A DNA stretch of 64,000 nucleotides, taken from contig NC_134027.1 in NCBI RefSeq assembly GCF_964204645.1, forward strand, positions 21,600,560 to 21,664,559. Reading direction: 5' to 3'. The position numbers and the translations under genes are program-made. Under the pieces are notes generated by a model. The model had not been told where the DNA came from and did no database searches. It saw nothing but the letters and a program-made list of their open reading frames with translations. Positions 19,035-31,800 of this stretch are shown here, piece by piece. Position 1 is the first letter of the stretch. Each line of letters opens with the position of its first letter. The stretch is from Tubulanus polymorphus. Its lineage: Eukaryota > Animalia > Nemertea.

Positions 19035-19553
19035 TAGTTAAGATTTTAAATAGTAATACTCTGATACCTTTTGTATCTACCGGGTACCTCACTGCAATTT
19101 ATTATGAGTTGCTGCTGTCATTCAGTTTATTGTAAAATGTTTTTTCGAAAAAAAGAAATGAAAAAATGTAATAAATAAACTTTATTTTCTAGTTTCAGAT
19201 TACTGAAGTTCATTCAAAGACATCTGTGAATATGATGCTGCAGGTTGTATCCTCTCTTAATATATTAAAGTCCTATTTTCTGATGGATATCCTATACATT
19301 CTATGAAATTTTCCTATTTCTGGACACTCTTCCTATTTTTTTTATGGACCAGATCACTGGAACCCCTGCAACTGTTATCACTGGCAATGGACCATGGTTC
19401 TCATTATATTCATACAGCATTCTAATTATTTTGAAAATGTTTGCCTTTAATACAGTTTTTTTCACTAGAAAGCACTTTCCTCTATGTGATCGGTAGGGCC
19501 TAGATGTCTTCTGGATCCATCAAAAATAATGCTTGTAATATTTTGTCTCTCAG

Positions 19554-22500
19554 GAAGCTGCAAAAGCAGATCACACATTCCAGAGAAGAAAACTTCACAT
19601 TCAAGATACTAAAAAACTGTATTGTCCAGCCCAGATCCAACTTAGAGAAGTCATCCAATTTCCTGATTATAAAGTAAGTAGGCCTAATTGATAACTAATA
19701 ATAGTAATAACTTTATTTGCTCTCAAATTACAACAGCAGAATTATATAATAGAATACAATGGTACTTTATATATAAGTGTCATCATGGATGTATAGACTA
19801 GGGTTAAACTCTATGTCCATCACAGGCCTTGAAATTAAGGATGGCAGAGGTGGTATTTGCTGCAGGTTGTAAAACTATTGCTGTTTATACTAATTGTCTA
19901 GGACTTTAAGTGCTTTGATCATGATCTGTCACTCAATCATTTGTTACATTGTATAAAAACAGAAGAGGTGATGGCAGTTCTATTATAAAACCTTGGAGTA
20001 ATCATTTGACATGATTACTCCAAGATAAGACAGGCAGTGCAGTAGTAACACAAGAACACTGCACTGGTGCCCAAATTATGAATCTATTGCCTGCAGTGTT
20101 TAGGCCTAATAGATAAATACATTAAGTGGTTGAATAATAAAGTTTGTTCATCATAAGTTGATTTACTCATTGTCTTAATGACATTGCAAAAAAACTTAGA
20201 TGGTGATTTGTCCCTACAATGAATTGATAATTTGCTACGGCATTTTTGAAATTAAAAAAAGCTGCAGGTTTTAAAACAATTGCCGTGGGATAATTGATAG
20301 AATGGCTGTAAGTCAGATTTGCCCAAATTGGTGATATTCATGTTGGAATAATGTAATCGATAGTATTTTGAGTGCTGTGTGGTTAATTTTGCCATTATTA
20401 CCAGGTCCTGCTAGTACATATGAATTTGAATGCCGGGAAGCTACTTACCTATTTCAAAAATAAGAAAAGTTAACATTTAATAGGGCCTATCGGAATTCCA
20501 ATGTGTGACAATTTACAATTAATTATTTTATGGTGAATAAGAACAATAACTTACCAATATATAATATGATATAAACCCAAACATCAGAACTATTGGTAAT
20601 AACCGAGAATTTATTTTATTCAGATTGATGGCGAATGCTCAAAAAAGAAAATGGAAAGAAAATCTAAACTTTTGAGAGAAGATTTAAAGGCCGGAAAAAA
20701 GATTAACTTTGAAAGGAGAATTTACATTCAGTTTCCATCGTGTGAACACCAAAATCACGTGGAAGGAGAGGTTTACCTTTTTCATTTATTTATTGATGGA
20801 TAGTAGTTCCCTGGCCATCAAGCTGTTTGTTTCTTGTCAGTTTACACAATGTTTATATTTTACAGAGTAGTGGATTATCACAAATGATTGATAAGAAATT
20901 GGTGGAGAGCATTGAGCAACTGATTTTGCAAGGAGTCACTAATTGTAATGAGGTGAAACGACATCTACGATACCTGGTGAAGAATGTTCTATTTGATGAA
21001 AAAAGTGTACCAGCTAGATCAAATAGAAGGTTTTTCCCAACGCTAACGGAAATTAGGTCTCATATGAACCGTTTTCGAAGTTCCTACGGAAAGTCGAAGA
21101 TAGATCAAGAAAACTTACAGAAAAAAGTAGATGATTGGAAAGACAGATTTCCTGATGATAAATTTTATTGTCGTCTTTCCAAGCACAGCAGTGAAACGAG
21201 TAGCAGTGAAAAGTTTTTATTTGTTCATCAGACAAAATGGCAGCAACGCATTTTAGCTCGCTATGGTGCAGAACTTTTGTCACTGGATGCAACCTATCGT
21301 ACAACAAAATATGCTCTCCCATTATTTTTTCTCGTTGTAAAGACTAATGTCCATTATGTAGTCGTCGGTTCATTCATCACAGAGGATGAGACAACAGCCA
21401 GTATCAGAGAAGCATTGTCTGTTCTGAAAGACTGGAATCCTGGTTACAGTCCAAAGTACATAATGTGCGACTTCTGTGAAGAGGAAATTCAGGCCTCGGA
21501 TGATATTTTTCCTGGTAAGTTTCATCTCACAGCAGAATCTCATGACTGTTGTTGGTGTGCTGGATAATGCCGTTAAACTTTCTCTTTTTAGCTGATGTAG
21601 CAACATAAATAATCAGTTTTTTTTTTTAAATTATAAATAAATTACAATTCATCAGTTGTCACCACTATATACCGTAATGTTTTGATGGGCATTATGCCAT
21701 ACTGTTGTACAACTGTCCATGCATTCATAAATCTTTCTTTGTGTAGGTGCATCTGTTTTAATCTGTGATTTTCACCGGGAGCAAGCCTGGGAACGATGGA
21801 TGTCAAGAGTCGAAAATGGTGTTACTTAAGTTAAAGAAGAGGTTTTGGCAAAGTTTCGTCGAGTGGCATCTTCCAAAACCCAGTTGGACTATGAGAAAGT
21901 CTTTTAAGTTTGAAAGAGAGTGAAGTTTGGAGGGATCATTTGAAATTACAGAAATATTTTGAAAGCTATTGGCTCAAACAGTCTAAGGTAAGATAAAACT
22001 CTTGAAAAATATGTAAATGGGTTCAAGATTCGGCCTAAGTTACAGGGTCACTTAAGATCATCTCTAGAAATGATTCAGTTAATTGCATGAATTTGGTAGA
22101 ATGGTAAGTGATTAAAAATGAAAATACGAATGATGTTTATGCAAAACTTTATTACAGAGATGGGTTGCTGCATATCGGCAAAATAGGCTTATGATACATG
22201 TTAATACCAACAACGGTATTGAGCGCCAAAACAAGGAGTTCAAACATAATTATCTACTGCGGCACAGAGAGAAAAAAGTTAGTGATATGGTCCAGATCTT
22301 GGTGGAGCAGTTCCTTCCTGATAAATATGACAAGTAAGTGCACCTTGAACACCTTGTTTTATACCCAATGATGATTGTTTTTTGTTTCATTTTTTAAATT
22401 TATTAGTATTGAAAATATAATCTGATAGTCATGAGTTTTATTATACTGTATCGACTGTTACATAGACATCTTCTACAGTAAATTTCAATTTTCAATCTTT

Positions 22501-24260
22501 CAGGACATAAGCATAAGGAAGGTAAATTGTATCATCATATGAAATACATAGCTATATTGTACATGTAAATGCTTTTGCACATATTTTAACAATCTTTGTA
22601 TAACTTTCATTCAGTCTGCTAATGTTATAACCTATAGAACTTATTAGGTTTTTCATGTATATACGCTGTTTTAATTTACTTTCACATCTCATGATGCTCA
22701 AGGCTAACTCCCCTAAATATTAAGGTGCCTGTTAGAATCTTTACACACTTTCATCTAGTTTGAATTGATATTGTACAATGCTAATGGTTTTCCAGAACTT
22801 AAACATGTCTTAGGTGGAGTTACTTCTCTTTGCTTTTTATGGTGTGGTGTGTGTCCATTTGTTACATGTAGTTCTTAAATACATGTATAAATGTATAGCC
22901 TCTCAGGTCTTTAGTACTGTATCTATTTGTTATATTACTGTGATACCAAAAAATTTGATTTGACTGCCTCCTCAATGAGATAAGTAGATTAAAGCAATAA
23001 GTTTACAGTTCATCAAATTAATTGTATTGACCCATTTTGAAGAATTGATCCTGAAATTGACGGCTGATATTAACGGCCGAAATTTACCAAAGTAACAATT
23101 GGCTACTCTTGTAAATTAGAAACTTTGATATGGTCTCATTCCCTGAATTTATCATTGTTTTCTTACAGTTATGTTCTAGCGAATGTTCGTCAATCAGCTG
23201 CTTATCGACGGTATAATAAAGATATTTCAAAGATGCTCTGGGAACGTCCACACTTTTTGATCAAACACTGCATGGAAAAAATGAGAGCAGCATATGTTAT
23301 CTCCAAGTAAGTTCTGCAGTCAGTCTTGTTGCTCATCTGTCAGCAAAGCTGATGGGTTAGGGGAATTTTATTATTTCAAGATTAAATTTGTAAATCTTCT
23401 ATGGATCACACCCTACAGATATCACAAAAACAGCTTATATCTGTCAACAAGCTCATAAGTTCTAGATTTCATATGGCAAATTAGTGACGTCACGTATGCT
23501 GTGTAGTGGGTAGCTAGTCCACCTTAACTGACCCCGTGATGATCACTCTTTGGATACAGCTACTGTTTGCCATTATAAGTATGTCATTATGTACGTCTTA
23601 TCCCAAGTCATTGAAATTTAAACAGAAATTTTAATAAATTCGTGAATACACATGCAGAAATATTTCAAATAGAGATCCCGTTTCTTGTTGATATTTATTT
23701 AATAATACAAACATTTTATGACTATAACTTGATATTTTCAGGGGATCGATTGAGAGTGGTCCACCACTGAAGGAAAATAGCTACATTGTAAAATCCCAGT
23801 CAGGAAGTGAAAACAACTATGTTCAGCTGCGTGGCTTTGATGATTTACCATATTGCACATGCTACGTTTGGGGAAAAACTGGTCTTCCATGTAAGCATAT
23901 CTGTGCTGTCTTGAGACATACTGGAAAAACATTTCAAGATCTTCCAGCCAGTTACTGGAACAGTGTTTTCTTCACTCTCGATATTGAAAAACAAGCTCAA
24001 GTGGATGAATCTACTAGTGATAATAATAATAATGCATTTGCCAGTTATGATGAAAATTATGACAATGATAATGACAATGGATCCAACTTAAAAGAATTGC
24101 CAACACCTTTCAAATATTGTAAAAGCCTTGCTTCCGATTGTAGAGATACGCTTAAGCATATAATATCTTTAACTTACCTGGTAGAGGAGGGAGAATCCTT
24201 TAAGGAACTTAAAGATGATTTGAACGAAGTTCTTCAGAAATTTAGGGTAAAGGTTCCCAA
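19554..24260 (+). pseudogene. Spliced MULE/Mutator transposase with SWIM finger, degenerate
   Basis: GT-AG bounded exons (approx. 19554-19673, 20623-20770, 20866-21513, 21748-21987, 22159-22333, 23170-23307, 23741-24260) encode TKKLYCPAQI, LDATYRTTKYALPLFF, MCDF, CDFHREQAW, TNNGIERQN and CTC...PCKH; stops and frameshifts present. Confidence 0.82.
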
Positions 24261-24261
24261 A

Positions 24262-27238
24262 GACAAATTCCTCCAAATTCTTGGCCAAAGTTATATGCCA
24301 CTAGTTTTAGATGATCCTTACTTATCAAAAGAATTGGACAAATTAACCATAGACTTATACAATGGTAGTAAAAATTGCACGTTGAGTCGGGGAATCTAAT
24401 GATTCTCCTTCCTTCATTTTAATTGAATAAAATTCTGATTGTAAAACCCATTCCATGTCTTTACCACCGAACTTTTCTTTAACCAATTTAAAAACATTTT
24501 TCTAAATTAACATCTGTGGCATTTCCTTGTTCGTCCTTTTTTTGGTCTTTTAACTCATAAAAATAATTTCTAACTCTTCCGCTTAAGCACATTGGAAAAG
24601 CCGCTACAGCCTTCGTCTTCGTCTTCGTTACCCGAAAATGTGTCATCTGGTTTGAACGGTAGCTTGTCAGAAATAAAACCAATTCTTCTTGTACCTAGAA
24701 ATTAGAAATCGGATGGAAGACGAAAGTAATAAGTCTAAAAACTAACTCTGATAATGCCAGAGGTAGAAATGGTAGGTGAAAATATGCAGAGAATTAGGCC
24801 TAAGGAAAGATGAGAATTTGTTAAGATTGGACATTATATTCTCATTCACATTACATTTCACATTGTAAATGCACATGTTTAGATATAACATGTTTCTAGG
24901 TAATAGAAATGTAGAAGTGAATCAGCAATTCATAGCGAAAGAAAGAACAAAATTGGACGCAATAATCTAACACTAGATGATACGTAGATACTACATACTA
25001 GATTATTGGACAGCAACTGTAAAGTGGATAAACTAAAAGTATTTATTTCCGCATCACAGGGAACTTATTTTGAGATAAAAACATTATAATTTATGGTTTG
25101 TTTTTTTTATTTATTGCTTTGCAACATCAGATGCGGTAATGAACAAAAAGGAATTCAAGAAACAGATAAACATGACGTTCGGTCATCTTTCGATATCTCT
25201 GAGTGACCACAAGTTGGCAAGATTTCAGTACATCAAACGGGCTTCTGTCGGTATACAAAAGAAAGATACAGCGCCAGTGGTCGGGAAGTTCAGGGAGATA
25301 TGGACTCTCAGCAAAAACACATCTTTTGACCAAAAAGGCAACCATTATCAAAACCACTCAAGAATGTATGGGTGTCAAATGTTCATGAGGGCCCGGGAAT
25401 TGCAAAGAATGAAATCATGCCAGATGAATGGGCGACCACGGTTGGAACCACTGAAGAACCTGATAGAACTGCTCGATGATGTGATGGAGCATAACTTCCC
25501 ATCAACTATGTTCGCCATCAGTGCTGGTATTATGTCTGTTCATTATGAAAGTATTGTCCATCATTACAGCGGGTGACTGATTACTATTTCCTCTGGCCCA
25601 CCAGGCACATGTATAGCTCTCAGCCTTAAAGCGTTGTTAGGGCTAATGAGAAGAGAAGGCCATCTTTATACACCTGGTACGAAGGACAAATTCCTCCAAA
25701 TTCTTGGCCAAAGTTATATGCCACTAGTTTTAGATGATCCTAACTTATCAAAAGAATTGGACAAATCAACCATAGACTTATACAATGGGAGTAAAAATTG
25801 CACGTCGAGTCGGGGAATCTAATGATTCTCCTTCCTTCATTTTAAGTGAATATAATTCCGATTGTAAAACCCATTCCATGTCTTTACCACTGAACTTTTC
25901 TTTAAACAATTTAAAAACATTTTCTAAATTAACATCTGTGGCATTTCCTTGTTCGTCCTTTTTTTGGTCTTTCAACTCATAAAAATAATTTCTAACTCTT
26001 CCGCTTAAGCACATCGGAAAAGCCGCTACAGCCTTCGTCTTCGTCTGAGTTACCCGAAAATGTGTCATCTGGTTTGAACGGTAGCTTGTCAGAAATAAAA
26101 CCAATTCTTCTTGTACCTAGATACTAGAAATTGTGGTTGACGGATCCGTTATTCAACTTATGGAAGACGAAAGTAATAAGTCTAAAAACTAACTCTGATA
26201 ATGCCAGAGGTAGAAATGGTAGGTGAAAATGTGCAGAGAATTAGGCCTAAGGAAAGATGAGAATTTGTTAAAATTGGACATTATATTCTCATTCACATTA
26301 GATTTCACATTGTAAATGCACATGTTTAGATATAACATGTTTCTAGGTAATAGAAATTTAGAAGTGAATCAGCAATTCATAGCGAAAGAAAGAACAAAAT
26401 TGGACGCAATAATCTAACACTAGATGATACATAGATACTACATACTAGATTATTGGACAGCAACTGTAAAGTTGTTAAACTAAAAGTATTTATTTCCGCA
26501 TCACAGGGAACTTATTTTGAGATAAAAACATTATAATTTATGGTTTGTTTTTTTTATTTATTGCTTTGCAACATCAGATGCGGTAATGAACAAATAGGAA
26601 TTCAAGAAACAGATAAACATGACGTTCGGTCATCTTTCGATATCTCTGAGTGACCACAAGTTGGCAAGATTTCAGTACATCAAACGGGCTTCTGTCGGTA
26701 TACAAAAGAAAGATACAGCGCCAGTGGTCAAGAAGTTCAGGGAGATATGGACTCTCGACAAAAACACATCTTTTGACCAAAAAGGCAACTATTATCAAAA
26801 CCACTCAAGAATGTATGGGTGTCAAATGTTCATGAGGGCCCGGGAATTGCAAAGAATGAAATCATGCCAGATGAATGGACGGCCAGGGTTGGAAGCGCTG
26901 AAGAACCTGATAGAACTTCTCGATGATGTGATGGAGCATAACTTCCCATCAACTGTGTTCGCCATCAGTGCTGGTATTATGTCTGTTCATTATGAAAGTA
27001 TTGTCCATCATTACAGCGGGTGCCCGATCACAATGTGCTTTGGCCCACCAGGCACATGTATAGCTCTCAGCCTTAAAGCGTTGTTAGGGCTAATGAGAAG
27101 AGAAGGCCATCTTTATACACGTGGTACGAAGGGCAAATTCCTCCAAATTCTTGGCCAAAGTTATATGCCACTAGTTTTAGATGATCCTAACTTATCAAAA
27201 GAATTGGCCAAATTAACCCATAGACTTATACAATGGTA
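24262..27238. repeat. ~1.43-1.45 kb tandem duplication (about two units) of ATPase fragment plus antisense Gypsy gag fragment
   Basis: G(A/G)CAAATTCCTCCAAATTCTTGGCC recurs at 24262, 25685 and 27132 with near-identical intervening sequence. Confidence 0.9.
25815..26104 (-). pseudogene. Gypsy-like gag fragment (second copy at ~24390-24682)
   Basis: AFPMCLSGRVRNYFYEL...VFKLFKEKF...ELYSLKMKEGESL, retrotransposon gag-like. Confidence 0.55.
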
Positions 27239-27239
27239 G
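26580..27239 (+). pseudogene. Fragment of an unknown P-loop ATPase/helicase (other copies at ~25139, 30075, 30613, 31320, 32230, 35380, 47450, 51000, 51725)
   Basis: HY..I...GCPI...GPPG(T/N)GKT Walker A (intact in the 30.7 and 51.1 kb copies) and (L/I)VLDDP Walker B. Confidence 0.7.
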
Positions 27240-27399
27240 CAAACCTGCCTGGCTTCTGAGAACCCTCCCAACACACACCACATACTAATTGATTGGAATC
27301 TTTTCAGAAGAAATGGATACCAAAGCCCTGGCGCAACAGTCCACCAATGAAAACCAGTTCGGACCAAGAGTTCTTTTTAAGACTGTCAGGTGTTTGGAC

Positions 27400-27900
27400 C
27401 AAGAGTTCTTTTCAAGACTGTCAGGTTGGAGATGGTATTCTACAATGGATCTAAAAACTGGCTTTTATCAAATCAATCAAAGAATCAGATTGTGTGTCCT
27501 TAAGGATCATATCAGTATGTAAGGATGGCACAGGGACACACTAATTCTCCAGCAACTTTTCAGAAATTAATTGAGATATATCCGCGCTCCGCCAACTTAC
27601 GTCAAGTATTGGCATTTCTATATACTTAAATCTTTTATTCGAAGACACTAAATGAGCATCTAGATAAGACTTTTTCGCATGTACTCTAATATGGCCTTAA
27701 ACTCAGTTTAGACGAATGTCAGTTTTTTAGAAGTCAGTGTCGTATTTAGGTCATGTGCTTAGTGAGAAGTGTATAAAAGTACATGTCCTAAAATGATCGA
27801 AGCGGTAGACGTGGCCCGTCGCTCATCATCAAAAAGGTAAAGATGTGGCTTTGTTTTGCATCATACTATCAGAGAATTATTGATTCTCCTTTGCAAGCAC
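27400..27900 (+). pseudogene. Gypsy reverse transcriptase fragment (copy at ~48280-48780)
   Basis: LSGWRWYSTMDLKTGFYQI and QYVRMAQGHTNSPATFQKL; heavily frameshifted. Confidence 0.8.
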
Positions 27901-28384
27901 TAATAAAAGGTTGTCATTGACTAATCATCGTCATTGTTAGGTAATCCTGTTAACATTGTTGCAAAAAATCTAAAAGCCAACATCAATACTGTAGATTCAG
28001 TGAAGTGGCAAACACTTTTAGAGTAGCATTTTGAGGAAGGAAATGATAGTAGAGATAGCTTTTTCAATACTGTTTACATTGATTGGAGGCAGACTATATA
28101 TCATTTCTGAACACTTTAAAATCGATGACATGTATACTAAGCATAGCGGTAGACATGCATGCAAGGTAAGCAGGAGTGAATTTAAATTCAAGTTATGGTG
28201 TCCTCGTCGTAGTCAGGGTAGACATTCTACGAAGGCAGTATTGTACGAGTTTGACGAAAGGAACGAGGCAAGATGTGAAGTAGCTAGGTTATCAGGACAC
28301 GGGAACAGACACCATAAGAGCTGCCGAGTACGTGGCACTTCTATGTTGATGAACGGGACCTCAGCATGTATATCAGAGAATTAT

Positions 28385-28880
28385 CAACCTTGTAATATAG
28401 ATATCCAAAATCTCGAATTGTTGAAATAGGCAGAAAAAAAAGTTAACCTTGCAATATAGATATCCAAAATCTAGATGTATTAAAATAGGCAGATGAAAAA
28501 AGCTAACCTTGTAATATAGATATACCAGATATCCAGATGTATAAACTATTAATCAGGAGCAGCTGAGACAATGCATATCTTATAAACACTTATTCAGGAG
28601 CAGCACAGACAATGCGTATCTTATAAACACTTATTCAGGAGCAGCAGAGACAATGCGTATCGTATAAACACTTATTCAGCAGCAGCAGAGACAATGTGTA
28701 TCTTATAAACACTTATTCAAATAGGCAGAAAAAAGTTAACCTTGTAATATAGATATCCAAATCTAGATGTATGCAAATAGGCAGACAAAAAATTAACCTT
28801 GTAATATAGATATCCAAAATCGAGATGTATTCAAATAGGCAGAAAAAAAGTTAACCTTGTAATATAGATATCTAAAATCA
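28385..28880. repeat. Compound minisatellite (~58-bp and 41-bp units); copy at ~49260-49715
   Basis: AAATAGGCAGAAAAAAAGTTAACCTTGTAATATAGATATCC units surrounding four TTATTCAGGAGCAGCAGAGACAATGCGTATCTTATAAACAC units (three in the second copy). Confidence 0.9.
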
Positions 28881-31800
28881 ACAAAACAACCGAAGCCATG
28901 TCTGCCTGCAAATGCGATAAAAAATGCATATTTGGTTGTGATATCACTGTCCAGTCCAACAAATCCGATCCACATAAAATAATTGTAAAGGAGAACAAAT
29001 AATTCATTTTTGTGGAGACAAAAACTGCAGAAACTTTGATGAAATTGCATGGTGGGCTGACTGACTTCACCCTAGCATCATCTCGTAGTTTTTGAAACCA
29101 ACATCAAGGGTTGATGGAGTAGCCATTTCTGATGGTTGCTCAGCTGTGATGAAGGTCCTAAGGCCACGTGAGACACGCCGTATCTGCTTCACTGTTCAGG
29201 ATACAAGGGATAAATTCAATAAAATACCATGTGTCCACGCAATTGAATAACTTTTGGCATGGTTTTATGTTGTCATGACAAGCAGATGCATTCACCAATT
29301 TTTGCAAAGTCAGCTTGCAATCATTATTGCTTGGATTGTCGATAATTAACATGTGTATTAACTTAAGCTGATTCATCTTATCCTACCACACGATTCAATA
29401 TGTCCGGAAACCATTTATTACTAAACGGAAACACCATGTAAGAGTTGGTGTACGTGGGTTAACCACAATCTATAGCCACTGCACATGCGCATATAATGTT
29501 AATCTGACTTTTTGGTGTGAAATAATCTTTAGTATTAGTTTGCAATTCAAGCGTTCGGATTGTGTTGATCTACTCTCAGGCTGACTCTGATCCTTTTCTA
29601 CTTAAGGCGTATTTTTTAATGAGGTAGATAGCATTATAGTCTTTGGAGTAGGATATTTTCCGGGATCCATCAATTTCAATCAGTATTCAGCGGGATCATC
29701 AATTTCAATCAGTATTCAGCGGGATCAATCATTATTCACAATCTTGAGTGGGAAACTGTTGTTCTCTTTTTGGGATGAGTTATTGCCGTATTCTCAGAAC
29801 CCAATGGTTGGGATGCAGGTATGCAGTATCAGCTGATTATCCTTTTTTGGCATGGTACTATGTTTTGTATCAGTACATTTCAGTAACTCTATTTCTGAGT
29901 GCTACTTAGATTTCTCCGAATTTCAAGGGCATGTGACATCCTGTTAGAGTGGGGCGAGGGAGTTGTTTTCTGGATCTTGCAACGGCAGCAGGGGTTGCCA
30001 CACAGCTTCCCGTAATTCTAGTTTTATTCCCATTAAAGGATTAAATGATTCTTTATCGCTGTAAAACAAGTCATTGAAGCTTTGAGGAACATAATGGGGC
30101 AAAACTTCTATGCTGCCCTGTTAGTGATGTGCCGGGGTATTTTGGGCACCCATTACAGCTCTGTTGATGACTTTGGTGGGTATTGGATTACCATACGGAT
30201 GGACCCCCTGGCACCGGGAAAACCCTTAGCGTAAGGTTTTTTCTAATCGCTCGTTGGTCGTGCTGAGAAATTTTACAGCCGGGGCACAAAAGAAAAACTT
30301 TTGGAATTGTTGTCTCAGAAGGAAATTCTGATCGTATTGGACGACCCTTAACTCACAAAGGAGCTAGGTGAGATGAACGTTGATCTTTTTAACAGGCCAC
30401 AGAATTGTACGTTATCGAGAGGTGTGCAGCAACCGAAAACAATGCTTGTAGTTGCGAGTAATTTTGGAATCAGCAGAGAAACGAAGGTAAGACATGTCGC
30501 TGAATGGTATCTTTTCCCCGGGAGTGAAGGACCTGGGGTCGCTGAAAGCTTGCTTGCTGTGGGATCTGAAAACCAGCTCAAGTAAACTTATTTTAAAAAA
30601 GTCATTGAAGCTTTGAGGAACATATTGGGGCAAAACTTCTACGTTTCCCTGTTAGTGATGTGCTGGGGTATTTTGGGCACCCATTACAGCTCTGTTGATG
30701 GGTTTGGTGGGTGTCCAATTACCATAGCGGATGGGCCCCCTGGCAACGGGAAAACCTTAAGCAAAAGATTTTTCTTATCGCTCGTTGGTCGTGCTGAGAA
30801 ATTCTACAGCCGGGTACGAAGGAGAAGCTTCTAAAATTGAAATTCCAATCGTCCTAGATCACCCAAAACCAACCAAAGAATTAGACGAGATGATTGTTCA
30901 ATTGCATGATGTCAAGAGGAATTCAACCACCCAAAACAACACTTGTTGTTGCCAGTCATTTTAGATTTAGTGGAAAGAGAAGGTAAGAAATATATCACTG
31001 AATGGTCTGATGGGTGCAATTCGAATTCCCTTAATAGCAATATTTTAATTTGTTCAAGATAAATTTTTGTTTTTTTCAGTTATTGATATCACCAACCAAA
31101 ACTTGGGAAATCCTGGTGAGTTTGCGGGAACCATGAGGGATCCCAAGCCACTTCCTTGGACTATCCCAGAAAATCTGAAGGAACCATTGTGGGACTTACT
31201 CCCCAAGACAACTCTAGTCCGTTGTACCCCATTGCGGATGATACCTCAGAAGTTTCATCCATTTTGGGCTATGGAACTTGAAGAATTTGAAAATGTAGCA
31301 TAGCTTTTTTTCTGGAAAACCCTAAGCGTAAGGTTTTTTCCTATCGCTCGTTGGTTGTTCTGAGAAATTCTACAGCCGGGGCACAAAAGAAAAACTTTTG
31401 GAATTGTTGTCGTAGAAGGAAATTCTGATCGTATTGGACGACCCTAAACTCACAAAGGAGCTAGGTGAGATGAACGTTGATCTTTTTAACAGGCCACAGA
31501 ATTGTACGTTATCGAGAGGTGTGCAGCAACCGAAAACAATGCTTGTAGTTGTGAGTGATTTTGGAATCAGCGGAGAAACGAAGGTAAGACATGTCGCTGA
31601 ATGGTCTGATTGCTGCTAAAATGATAAATTTAATATCTTTTGGAGCTGGAACCATAAGCTCTGCATCATTATTTGATTTAGTAGTTTCATTCTGAAAAGT
31701 TCGTGATTCATGTTTCATCGCTCATGTATGGAGCCTGATAAGGAGCATCGAGATATTTCTTGATAAAAAAATGATTAAAAAAAAACTAGATTTCCATCGA

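Larger units (their letters stand above)
15581..19368 (+). mobile_element. hAT-superfamily DNA transposon, full length
   Basis: TIRs CAGGGCTTCTAGTG / CACTGGAACCCCTG (12 of 14 match); flanking direct repeat CAACTG (15575-80, 19369-74); many subterminal TCCTATTT repeats. Confidence 0.88.
26138..31630 (+). repeat. Segmental duplication, copy 1 (copy 2 at ~47006-52040)
   Basis: Collinear, near-identical sequence and duplicated ORFs (e.g. 29158-29376 and 49996-50214). Confidence 0.92.

Noticed and set aside
28546-28720. 41-bp repeats as a CRISPR array
   Set aside because: Units are head-to-tail with no unique spacers, there are no cas genes, and the context is eukaryotic; it is a minisatellite.
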